Below are positions 27,001-37,940 of a DNA stretch of 64,000 nt, piece after piece (within the stretch, counting starts at the first letter, position 1; each line of letters starts with the position of its first letter). The DNA is taken from assembly GCA_964016885.1 (NCBI GenBank), contig OZ024745.1:66216001-66280000 (forward strand), in the 5' to 3' direction. This DNA is from Eledone cirrhosa. Lineage: Eukaryota. The translations under genes and the position numbers were made by a program. The notes under the pieces are model-generated. The model ran no database searches and was not told the DNA's origin. It saw only the letters and a list, made by a program, of their open reading frames with translations.

Positions 27001-29151
27001 GTGGTGGTGGTGGTGGTGGTAATGACGTTGGTGGTATTGTGCTCAGTGGTGGTGGTGGTGGTGGTGGTAATGACGTTGGTGGTATTTTGCTCACTGGTAG
27101 TGGTGGTGGTGGTGGTAATGACGTTGGTGGTATTGTGCTCAGTGGTGGTGGTGGTGGTGGTAATGACGTTGGTGGTATTGTGCTCAGTGATGGTGGTGGT
27201 GGTGGTGGTGGTGGTGGTGGTAATGACGTTGGTGGTATTTTGCTCACTGGTAGTGGTGGTGGTGGTGGTGGTAATGACGTTGGTGGTATTTTGCTCACTG
27301 GTGGTGGTGGTGGTGGTAATGACGTTGGTGGTATTGTGCTCACTGGTAGTGGTGGTGGTGGTGGTGGTAATGACGTTGGTGGTATTGTGCTCAGTGGTGG
27401 TGGTGGTGGTGGTGGTGGTAATGATGTTGGTGGTATTGTGCTCAGTGGTGGTGGTGGTGGTGGTGGTGGTAATGACGTTGGTGGTATTTTGCTCACTGGT
27501 AGTGGTGGTGCTGGTGGTAATTACGTTGCTGGTATTGTGCTCACTTGTAGTAGTGGTGGTGGTGGTGGTAATGACGTTGGTGGAATTGTGCTCACTGGTA
27601 GTGGTCGTAGTGGTGGTAATGACGTTGGTGGAATTGTGCTCACTGGTAGTGGTGGTGGTGGTAATGACGTTGGTGGTATTGTGCTCAGTGGTGGTGGTGG
27701 TGGTGGTGGTGGTAATGACGATGCTGGTATTGTGCTCAGTGGTGGTGGTGGTGGTGGTGGTAATGACGTTGGTGGTATTGTGCTCAGTGGTGGTGGTGGT
27801 GGTGGTGGTGGTAATGATGTTGGTGGTATTGTGCTCAGTGGTGGTGGTGGTGATGGTGGTGGTAATGATGTTGGTGGTATTGTGCTCAATGGTGGTGGTG
27901 GTGGTGGTGGTGGTAATGACGTTGGTGGTATTGTGCTCAGTGGTGGTGGTGGTGGTGGTGGTGGTAATGACGTTGGTGGTATGGTGCTCACTGGTGGTGG
28001 TGGTGGTGGTGGTAATGACGTTGGTGGTATTGTGCTCAGTGGTGGTGGTGGTGGTGGTAATGACGTTGGTGGTATTGTGCTCAGTGGTGGTGGTGGTGGT
28101 GGTGGTAATGACGTTGGTGGTATTTTGCTCACTGGTAGTGGTGGTGGTGGTGGTAATGACGTTGGTGGTATTGTGCTCAGTGGTGGTGGTGGTGGTGGTA
28201 ATGACGTTGGTGGTATTGTGCTCAGTGATGGTGGTGGTGGTGGTGGTGGTGGTGGTGGTAATGACGTTGGTGGTATTTTGCTCACTGGTAGTGGTGGTGG
28301 TGGTGGTGGTAATGACGTTGGTGGTATTTTGCTCACTGGTGGTGGTGGTGGTGGTAATGACGTTGGTGGTATTGTGCTCACTGGTAGTGGTGGTGGTGGT
28401 GGTGGTAATGACGTTGGTGGTATTGTGCTCAGTGGTGGTGGTGGTGGTGGTGGTGGTAATGATGTTGGTGGTATTGTGCTCAGTGGTGGTGGTGGTGGTG
28501 GTGGTGGTAATGACGTTGGTGGTATTTTGCTCACTGGTAGTGGTGGTGGTGGTGGTAATTACGTTGCTGGTATTGTGCTCACTTGTAGTAGTGGTGGTGG
28601 TGGTGGTAATGACGTTGGTGGAATTGTGCTCACTGGTAGTGGTCGTAGTGGTGGTAATGACGTTGGTGGAATTGTGCTCACTGGTAGTGGTGGTGGTGGT
28701 AATGACGTTGGTGGTATTGTGCTCACTGGTAGTGGTGGTGGTGGTGGTGGTAATGACGTTGGTGGTATTGTGTTCACTGGTAGTGGTGGTGGGGGTGGTA
28801 ATGACGTTGGTGGTATTGTGCTCACTGGTAGTGGTGGTGGTGGTATTTACGTTGGTGGTATTGTGATCACTGGTAGTAGTGGTAATGGTGGTAATGACGT
28901 TGGTGGTATTGTGCTCACTGGTAGTGGTGGTGGGGGTGGTAATGACGTTGGTGGTATTGTGCTCACTGGTAGTAGTAGTAATGGTGGTAATGACGTTGGT
29001 GGTATTGTGCTCACTGGTAGTAGTGGTGGTGGTAATGACGTTGGTGGTATTGTGCTCACTGGTAGTGGTGGTGGTGGTATTGACGTTGGTGGTTGTGCTC
29101 ACTGGTAGTAGTGGTAATGGTGGTAATGACGTTGGTGGTATTGTGCTCAGT
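1..29151. repeat. Giant G/T-rich tandem array (composite minisatellite: fixed ~27-nt core + variable (GGT)n tail), truncated at left window edge
   Basis: Consensus GGT(GGT)n-AATGACGTTGGTGGTATTGTGCTCACT-GGTAGT recurs without interruption from base 1 to the last core at ~29125-29151 (...gtgctcagt). Unit length varies in steps of 3. The + strand is extremely G/T-skewed. Confidence 0.99.
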
Positions 29152-29160
29152 GTTATTTAA
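1..29160 (+). CDS. Candidate (unproven) giant Gly-rich repeat protein, [G(n)NDVGGIVL(T/S)GS]n, broken by 6 indels, ending ...GGIVLSVI*
   Basis: The Gly frame has no substitution-derived stops and shifts only at indels near 6133, 10098, 14243, 17031, 17761 and 29092. It ends at TAA 29158-29160 just past the array, and there is an AATAAA at 29476-29481. No consensus codon in this frame is one substitution from a stop, so its openness is weak evidence. Confidence 0.2.
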
Positions 29161-29210
29161 TGGAAGTGTGTTTCCTTTTGCCTTTTGTGTTTCAATTACA
29201 TGTTTGTTCT
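1..29210 (-). CDS. Alternative candidate (unproven) minus-strand readings: Thr-rich mucin-like [T(n)SEHNTTNVI]n or Pro-rich FH1-like [P(n)[11 protein letters not shown]]n
   Basis: The Thr frame runs 19 codons into unique flank ([25 protein letters not shown]) but has ~10 TAG stops from the CTA-AAT variant. The Pro frame has stops at 711, 27521, 28559, 28847 and a TAA just upstream of the array. A polypyrimidine+AG acceptor-like site lies at 29392-29415 (-). Confidence 0.2.
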
Positions 29211-29588
29211 ATTTTTACTGCTTCTAATGTTGTTGCTGTGATTCTGGTGGTGGAGGTAGAAGCATGGGTCAGCTGCAGGCCTTGAAAATCCTTCACAATG
29301 AAAGAATGTGGTCGAGGGAGAAACAATGTCCACCTACTCCTAGAAACTGTTCACTAATGGTTGCCAAAAACAAATGCCCTACTCGGTTTACCTTGAAAAA
29401 AAATACAGAAGTTTTTAAATTATTTTTTTTTAATTTGCCTAGAAGGGTCACTATTGTAAAGGTACCTAATTGTAAAATAAAGTAACCAACTTTATTCACA
29501 ATTTAGTAACAATTAGAATAGTTTCAATAGGAAGTGTAGTGCAAGTGACACACTTATGACCTGAAGTGATAACAGGATGTGGCAAATA

Positions 29589-30135
29589 TCTACTTATATA
29601 TATAACCAGCAATTTCTCTGTCTGTCTGTCCGACAGTGGAAACACGTGCGTAGAGAGAGAGTGAGAGTGAAAGAAAGAGACAGACTACGAGAGGGGGATA
29701 GCGGGAGGGAGAGAGAGAGAGTGAATAGACGCTAAAACACGTGCTACAGAAACATTACCTTCCCATCTCCACTGACTTTGGTCACTGAGGCCGAGGGACT
29801 CGCGGTGAGCGCGTCATAATGACGTAATGCAGACAGCCAGACATACAGACAGATATTATAAGGGCGCGACGTTATATCTATGTATCTATCTAAAAAGAAA
29901 AACTAAGAATTATATAGAGAGAACGCTAAATCGCCTAATGCGGTCCCTAGGGCATTACAAATTTGAAATAATTTTTGCTCAAAACACTCACAGGACCATA
30001 AGTATTACATGTCTAAAGTTTGAAAACAATCGGTTGGATGGTTCTCAAGTTTTAGTGAGCTGACAGACAGACAGACATTCTCTGTTTTAGATCTATAGAC
30101 TAGCAGAAAACCGCCCCCGTGTGGTTTTCTGCTAG
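29589..30135 (+). mobile_element. Non-autonomous Helitron-like element (copy 1)
   Basis: Starts A|TC...TATATATA...(CTGT)n. Ends with hairpin CTAGCAGAAAACC...GGTTTTCTGCTAG, i.e. terminal CTAG|T. Has a subterminal (CTGT)n/(ACAG)n inverted motif. Confidence 0.6.
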
Positions 30136-31017
30136 TCTATATATATAAATCTGAGGATGTCTATCTGTGTGTGTGTGAGTTCAAATCCCTAAAACTTGAG
30201 AACCACCCAACCAACTGTTTTCAAACTTTACACATGTAATACTTATGTTTCAGGGAGTGTTCTGAGCAAAAACAATTTCAAATGTTTAATGCCCTAGGCG
30301 CATTAGGCGTTTTAACGATCTCTCTCTATAATTCTTAGTCTTTCTCTTTTTAGATAGATACATACATATAACGTCGCGCCCTTATATCTGTCTGTATGTC
30401 AGACTGTCTGCATTACGTCACTTCCCTGAGGATGTGTGTGTGTGTGTGTCTGTGAGTTTGAATCCTTAAAACTCGAGAAGTACCCAACCGACTTTTTTCA
30501 AACTTTACATGTGTATTATTTATGTTTCAGGGAGTGTTATGCACATAATTCTACTTTTTGATCCCTAGGGCCCGCATTAGGTGAAAAACTGCATTTTTTC
30601 AGGTTTTTAAGGCTTTTTTAGTCGTTACGTCAGACTGATTTCCTTGAAATTGTAACTATGTATTAGTCAGTCTCTTCACACTGTGAGCAAAGAAAGTCCA
30701 AATTTGTTATGACCTAGGTGAAAAACTTTATTTTTTCAGCTTTTTAGGGCTTTTTTGAGGCGTAACGTCTAGCTGATTTTCCCGAAATTTCAAGGCATAT
30801 TCTGCACATAAAAAAAATCATTTTCTTTATCCCCTAGGTGAAAACCTGCATTTTTCCTGCGTCATTGAGGAAAATCTTAAAGATTATCCAGCCATCAGAG
30901 TATTCTGTTTATGTTCTTTACATATTGTCCACACATGCAGTTTTTCCACGATTAGGTCTGTTGGCGGCCCGCGTTCCAAAATACCTTATCCCGTGCAACG
31001 CCGGGTACCACTGCTAG
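30136..31017 (+). mobile_element. Non-autonomous Helitron-like element (copy 2), abutting copy 1
   Basis: Starts TCTATATATATAAA. Ends with a GC-rich hairpin (CCCGTGCAACGCCGGG, 30990-31005) a few nt before CTAG|T (31014-31017). Internal direct repeats (CTGAGGATGT at 30151 and 30426; TAGGTGAAAA x3). Confidence 0.7.
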
Positions 31018-31032
31018 TATATAATAATGATA

Positions 31033-31572
31033 ATGGTTTCTGATTTAAATAGAAAGCCAACAATTTTTGGGAAGGGGAAAGTTAATTAAATTGACCCTTA
31101 GACATTACTGGTACTTTATGTTATCAACCCTGTAAAAATGAAAGACAAAACTAACCATGGCAGGATTTGAACTCAGATCATAAAGGCTGTAACTATACGC
31201 AGCAAATCATATTGTCTGATGCTTTACTGATATTGACAAACCACAACCAGCAATTTGGGGAAAGAGTAAAGTTGATTAAATCGACCTCTGAGCATGACTG
31301 GTGCTTTATTTTATTGACCCCCATAAGGATGAAAGGCAAAGTTAACCTCAACTGGATTTGAACTCAGAACATAAAGGGCATAACTCTATGCTGTGAAGCA
31401 TGTTGTCCAATGCTCTACCAATACTGCCAATCCACCAATAATAATAATAACAATGATAATAATTATTTCTACTTTTGGCACAAGGCCAGTAATTATCCCA
31501 GTGCATTACTGGTACTTTATTTTATCGACCCCGTAAGGATGAAAGGCAAAGTTAACCTCGGCGGGTTTGAAC
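31033..31572 (-). mobile_element. Three stacked partial copies of SINE family B
   Basis: The motif ACTGGTACTTTATTTTATCGACCCC..AAGGATGAAAGGCAAAGTTAACCTC..GGATTTGAAC occurs three times (~31105, ~31297, ~31508). It is the reverse complement of the copy at 52190-52371. Confidence 0.75.
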
Positions 31573-31599
31573 AATGATAATAATAAAAATAAATATTAA

Positions 31600-32760
31600 C
31601 TGAAACAACCTACAAATTTATGGACACAAATCATCTTTTCCCTATTGAGAAGAAAGGTTGTTGCTGGGAGTATTATAACTGCTGCAGGATTAATTGAAAG
31701 ATTCTAGAAAATTGTCATAACCAACACAAAGGTTTGAGTACTGCTTGCATTGAGTATAAAAATCTTTTGAATGGACTTTGAAAACTTTTATGTTCTGAAA
31801 ATGCTTGCACTAATATCAAACCTCTTTAAATACAACATGTCTGTAAGGAATACAAATCTATTATTGTCACACAGTGATAGAATTATAAATCCGAGCAGCA
31901 TAAGCATTAACAATGGTATTCTTCCATGTTCATTATTTTCTCCTCTTATATTTTGTATTGCACTTATACCGTTAGCTCTACAGCTCAACAAAATGAAATA
32001 TGGCTACAAAATAGATGGCAAAACTATAAAACATCTGTTTTCTATTGATGACTTGAAACTATGCCAAAATTGACAGCATATTGGAAGGACTGTTGCAGAC
32101 AGTTAAGGTGTTCAGCAATGATGTAAGGATTGAGTTTGGATTGGGAAAAATGTACCAAAGCAACATCCAAGAAGGCAGAATGACAAGCATAAACTCAGTA
32201 AAAATAGATGTGAATAAAATAATTAAGACACTAGAACAGGAACAAACCAGCAGATATCTAAGGATCAATGAAGGCCAAGGTAATCATTAGAAAACACAAA
32301 AGAGAGAATCAGAAAGGAATGTAACCAGTGAGTATATGTGGTCGTGAAAACTGAACTCCATTTAAAGAATAAAATATCTGCCATAAATGCTCATGTAATC
32401 CCCGCTGTCATCTATAGTTTCAATATCATAAATTGGAATATAAATGAAATAAGGAAAATATACACCAAAATCAGAAAACATTTGATCTGCAATAAACTAC
32501 ATCACCCTAAATTTGATGTGGATCACCTCTATCTTCCTAGATCAAACAGAGGTAGAGGAATGATCCAGTTTGAGCTGTCATGTAAAATATCAACTATTAG
32601 ACTCAAACAATACTTGAACTATTAGACTCGAACAAAACTGCTGATGACTGGATGTTGGAAATGATTGCAGATCATGAAAGAAAGAAGAGTCTACATTCAA
32701 TTATGAAGGAAAGTAAGTAGTTTGTGAAAGAATTGGGAATAAATGTACAACCCATGTCAG
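31600..32760 (+). pseudogene. Decayed non-LTR retrotransposon reverse transcriptase fragment, R4/Dong-like
   Basis: Frameshifted ORFs 31771, 32081 and 32338 give INNGILPCSLFSPLIFCIALIPL (GIFQGDSLSPLLF-like), HLFSIDDLKL (HLLYMDDLKL-like), FSNDVRIEFGLGK, KNKISAIN...YSFNIINW and HHPKFDVDHLYLPRSNRGRGM, all typical of R4/Dong RTs. Confidence 0.85.
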
Positions 32761-34044
32761 CATGGGAAGCAGATGTAAAAAATGATGTGAATGTATTATA
32801 TCATGCAAATATTGATTTTATTTGCCATACAAATGCTTGAGAAAATATTTCCCACCCAAGCCTTCCACTTATTTACAAATATACAATATAGTTGAGTAGA
32901 GTTTTATCATTTATGTCAGTTATTTAAAAGTAGTATAAATTCCTTCTAGCAGGATTCAAACTGAAATATATAATGTTAGTGATCGAACTGTTACATTATA
33001 AAATGGTATTAATGTGATTTCAAAAGATTTTGAGTTGAATAGTATGCTACACCACAGGTTCTTATTGATTCCCCTGGGTTCTAAACCTTTGAAATAATCA
33101 TTATGATTCCCATTTATTTAGATCGATTTCCATTTCCCTTTTCTTCCATTCATTTGTTCCTCTTGGAAATAAATGAATTTGATTAAGTCCACATACTATT
33201 ATTGAATTTCATGTTTTTTTGTTTACCATTTCCTTTCCTGAGTATAATAATAATAATTATTACATAATTAGTTTTATGCAATTCATTCTAATATATGTTG
33301 TATTTAGATTGCTTATTGAATTCATGTAACATTAATAGAAATGTTGCTTGAATTATAGTTTTTTGAATCTTGATTATTCCTGCATCTGAATCTTCTAAAG
33401 AAAATATTGCATGTTTCTGACGTCTTGAAACTAGCATTATAAATAAACTTGATAATGTAGCAAAATCTATATCATATACTTTCATTTTTAGTTTTTACTG
33501 AACATATTTTATTCCTGGACACATTGGGATTTAAGAAAATACAGAAGAAAAATGCAATATATATTTTGAATAGGAAAACATTAGAAAATATTGAATATTT
33601 TACTTTTGAAATATTTCATAATCCTAAGCATACACTGTGGATGTATGTGAATGTGAGAAGTTTGATAAAAAATATATTTGATTCTACAAAGGAAATAAAA
33701 TCAATTAAGCAAATATTTCTAAAATAGATTCAGGTACTATAAAAAGTTGAGAGTAATGTGTTATATAGTTTTTATTTACTCTAAAAAAAAGGCATGGACT
33801 TAATATCTCCAAATGTATTAAGCATTTTGGAAGTGAATGTCTTTTAAAATATGTTGCATATGTATTTCAGTTTATTTAAAAAATAATCAATAATTTAAAG
33901 AAATTTAATATTGAAATAGTATTTGCCAGTTAAAAGGTTCTTACATTAATTTTAGGTAATTGCTGGCCTTGTGCCAAAAGTAGAAACAATTATATTTCTG
34001 TTGCATTTATTTGATTATATTGTTTTCATATGACATGAAAAAAC

Positions 34045-34358
34045 AGCATCAGCCCACCCTGTAAAGTGGTTGTGTTGGTGATACAACAAAAAGCACCTGT
34101 TCCACCCTGTAAGGTGGTTGTGCTGGTGACACAATGAAAAGGTACCCAGTAAACTTGTCAGTTGGTCATTTTAGTGCAATGATAAAAAGCATCCACACTG
34201 TAAATGTGGTTGGAAAGGCATTCAACTGTAAAACCCAAGTCAGAAATAAATCGGTATGAGCAAGACATGGTTACCTGATCTGACTTGTCTCAGAATGGGG
34301 CAACTCGTCTAACCCAGGTAAGCATGGAAAATGGACATTAAACAATAAGGATGATGAT
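34045..34358 (+). mobile_element. Degenerate SINE/LINE 3' part with RTE-type tail
   Basis: Internal repeats CACCCTGTAAAGTGGTTG; GGCATTCAACTGTAAAA; tail AACCCAGGTAAGCATGGAAAATGGACATTAAAC...GATGAT, related to the tails at 55110-55174 and 62770-62827. Confidence 0.55.
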
Positions 34359-36387
34359 TTATAGAAAAATTAGAAAAATTATATACTGTAATATAATTAA
34401 GAAGTAGGAGTAAGGTGGTTAAGTGAATAAAGTATTTGAATACCTACATAATGTTCATAAGTTCAAATCTGCTACCGGCATTTCACTATATTTCTGGGGG
34501 AAATATCTTATTCTATATTTACCCAGTTCATGTGACTAACTCCAATAGGTACCAGAACAACTGGAAATATTGCAATAAATACAATAGACTTTTTCCAGTG
34601 TAAAGATTTATCTATCAGTCTCACATCATGAAATTGGAGGAAAGTGCTAATTACAAAATCATTCATCCCTTTTACTCATTCCTTTGAAACAATAATGCAA
34701 GAGTTAACTACAGCTACATAAAATCATTGAAATATCTAGAACCATCTTCTACAGCAAATCATGTGAAAAAGAATCCTGGTATAAGAACATTTTCTAAACA
34801 AGCATTGATCCACAAAAACACAGAAAGAAGACTGAATAAATTCTAAAGTACATGTTACTGGTTGACTAATCATTTGAAGGTGAATATTAATAATTATAAA
34901 CAACCAAATGCGAAATTAAGAGTCATTCAAATCCAAAGATTTTAAAATACTTTTGTGGGTTAAATAACTTATTACTATTATATTTCATTACATTGTTAAC
35001 TGTTATATCAACAAACGGTTTTGTCTGCAAGTAAGATGGCAGAGAGCAAACAGATGCCATATTAAATTCTTGCTCTGTATAACCAACTCTGACTCAACAA
35101 TTCTTTTGTTCAGTGAACAAACAATTTGAAGTGAGTAATTTTGTTGGAGTGAAAAATGTACATTGTCATTATTCAATGCCTCTGTATTCATTTGCTCATG
35201 CTACATGAATTTCTCTTCGGCATATTTTATTTTTCTGTCATTACATTACTATTCATATTTCTAAATTCCCACAGCTTGAAGATATAAATATATATGTATA
35301 CATATGTGTATATGTGTATGTTTGTATGTCAGCATTACCATATATATATTTCTGTGAAATAACTATTGGTTTGTGTTTCTTGTTGTGCCAGAATAAAGAA
35401 ACGTTATTATTCTTATCCAGTCCAAATATATATATATTTTCTAACTATAACTGATTTACAGACATGTCCTACAACATAACTTGGCTAAATTGTGATTATA
35501 TACACTGATAGCTTTATTGCACATCAACTATTTCTTCTCACAGACATTTCACATTAATTTTGTTATATTGTATTCTTTCAGCCACTGAACACCATGAATA
35601 AAATTGTATTTGCAGCAAAAATAAGTATTTCCTGCATCAGTTAAAAACTGTTTTTATATATATCACAGTGGGAAATTGAATAGCCAATTGCAAGTTTTAT
35701 GTGTTATTATTTTCCTATAATATTCAAACAATTGACTTTTTTATTTTGAATATTTTTAGATAGATTTCAAAATGTATATGTGAGTGTATGTACAGGTGTG
35801 TGAATGTGTGTATGTTGGGTGGGGTGTATAAGATTGTATTCATTTTAAAAATAAGCTAAATTCTGTCCCAAGCATGGAGTTTCATCAAGCTGGTTTCAAT
35901 GGAATTGAATGACTAAGAGTACATTGCACAGTTAACCTCCAGCTACAGCTGATACTCAGTTTTGACTGAGTTGATTGGAGAAAGGTGATAGCTTGTCCAT
36001 GTATACGACCCATCACATGATCGTAAGCCTAACATCATTCTAGCCACCAGACTGCATGACTTCACTATAACACACAAGCCAAACGTCTTTGTGCTGCAGT
36101 CGGGACTTTACACATCTCTCTCTCTCTCATATATATACATTTATATATAAATATGAGTGTGTAAATTTTCTCCCCGCTTTCTTGAGAGTTGTTAATAATG
36201 ACCACACAGGTTTTGTTTTCTTTCTCCAACTAAAGTTGATCTCTGGTTTTTTTCACTCATAGTACAGAGAGCCAGAATAAATACTGTAAATCATTCTATG
36301 TTACATTCTGACAACTCTACCAATTCACTGCCTATAAAAATGATAATACTGATTTCTGGAGAACGATGATAGGATGAGCATGTGAAG

Positions 36388-36714
36388 TTATCGGCATATC
36401 TTGAAGAAGTGTAGAAACATTATGAAACGCATTAGTAGAAGGAAAATACAAGTTTCAAAATAGTTGTTGTTCTCTACATATGTTGTGTGGCCTAGCAAGC
36501 AGTTTGCTTTCCAGCATCGGACACAATTTCTTAAGATGGTGTTGGGTACTTTTTGTATATGTGAGTAGCAATGAATGGAACCAAAAGCTTTGCTGGTGTT
36601 GATTGTAGTTAAAATGTTGAATGTGGGTACTTTCTTTTTGTTATTAAAGCTACCATTTTTTTCTTGTTGGGTTTCTAGAGTAGTGTGATGGTTGAATGTA
36701 ATGCCATTATCCAT
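36388..36714 (-). pseudogene. Highly decayed non-LTR RT fragment
   Basis: LTTINTSKAFGSI...IQKVPNTIL...RCWKANCLLGHTTYV resembles the RT motif 'D.SKAFD.V...L..K......W..NFL.GR...V'. Confidence 0.45.
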
Positions 36715-36862
36715 GATCAGATTATGTCATTTGAATATATTGAATGCAAAATTATATGCAATTTAAAAAATCTTCCCCCAACATTGTTTTACAAAGATCT
36801 GTTAAGTCTGATATGGAGTTCTGCATTCTGGTAGTAAGAATGTTTTCTGAATGTCTTGTTTG

Positions 36863-37196
36863 ATAATTTCTGATTTAAGCAAAAGGCTAGCAAATTTTAT
36901 TCAATATCATCAACCCCTGTATTTCAGTGGTACATATTTCATTAATCTCTTGGAGGATAAAAGACAAAGTTGACCTCAGAGAATTTGGAACTCTGAAAAT
37001 AAAGAGCAAGAATAAATGCTGCTAAGCAATACTTTAACAAAACTAACAACAATAATGATAATAATTGTTTCTACTTTAGGCACAAGGCTAGCGGTTTTGG
37101 GGAGGAGAAAGTTGATTAAATCGATCCCAGTGCATTACTGTTGCTTTTTTATCGACCCTGTAAGGATGAAAGCAAAAGATAACCTCGGCAGGATTA
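36863..37196 (-). mobile_element. Two partial copies of SINE family B
   Basis: TTTATCGACCCTGTAAGGATGAAAGCAAAAGATAACCTCGGCAGGATT and TTTCTACTTTAGGCACAAGGC match 31465-31570 and the reverse complement of 52270-52370. Confidence 0.65.
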
Positions 37197-37940
37197 ACAA
37201 AATGAAAATCAGTGTTTTATATTATGTCAACAAAATTTTAAAAAGATAGACAAGACCACTCATAATTAGACACTTGCTGTTATTTTATCTTCATTATAAA
37301 ATAGCATATGATATATATATCGATTAATTAATTTCCAAAAGCAGTATTTTTCATTAATCTAATATAAAATAGTGATTTGCATTTATGATTTAATTGGACC
37401 TATCAGAATGAATATTTTAAGAACATGAAGCCCAACCCACGAAATAGAATAGGGTTGGAACTGTTGTCGATATCAGCTCACTAATGAACATTTGTGAACA
37501 CTTGTAATTTGTAAATATATATAGGACTGAGACAAGAAGACAAAGGCTGACACAGAGAAATAAATAAACAAATTGTTTTTATTTTTCTGAATTCTTAAGT
37601 TTCAGTAAATTAACCAATGGAAACCTTATATTATTTTTCTTGAATACATATAGTTCAAAACCACTCTGATAAATCATATCACACCAAGGAGCAATTAAGA
37701 AACCAAATCAAATAAGCAACAGAATATAGTACCTCAGAAGAAAATATGTAAGGATAGGTTCTGAATAGGCGTTTCACAACTAGAAATAACAGCCAAGTCC
37801 CCTTCAAATCAAATCTAACTATTTTAAACATGGAAAGTTGCCTATGATATTGTAGATCAATGTATGCTATGCCAAAGAATATGACAGGAAAGTTATAGAA
37901 TCAAAACTTTTGATCATAGGTTTGCTTGATCAGAACTGAC

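Noticed and set aside
134-28866. Poly-Val ORFs ([13 protein letters not shown]) as membrane proteins
   Set aside because: Shadow frame of the repeat, broken repeatedly by TGA/TAA from the common ATC and CTA variants.
711-29059. Naming the Pro-rich frame a formin gene
   Set aside because: No FH2, FH3 or GBD exon is recognisable in the window and stops flank and interrupt the frame; kept only as a hypothesis.
1-29151. CRISPR-like look (constant ~27-nt repeat with variable spacers)
   Set aside because: The spacers are only (GGT/AGT)n of varying length, not unique sequences; no cas genes; eukaryotic context.
32641-32670. CTGATGA...GAAA as another hammerhead
   Set aside because: No stem I/II pairing or UH site; lies within the decayed R4-type LINE. 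CTGATGA at ~45027 and ~45588 was rejected likewise.
33288-35191. Short minus-strand ORFs 33288-33485 and 35003-35191 as host exons
   Set aside because: No recognisable domain or convincing splice-site pair; lengths are compatible with chance in AT-rich DNA.
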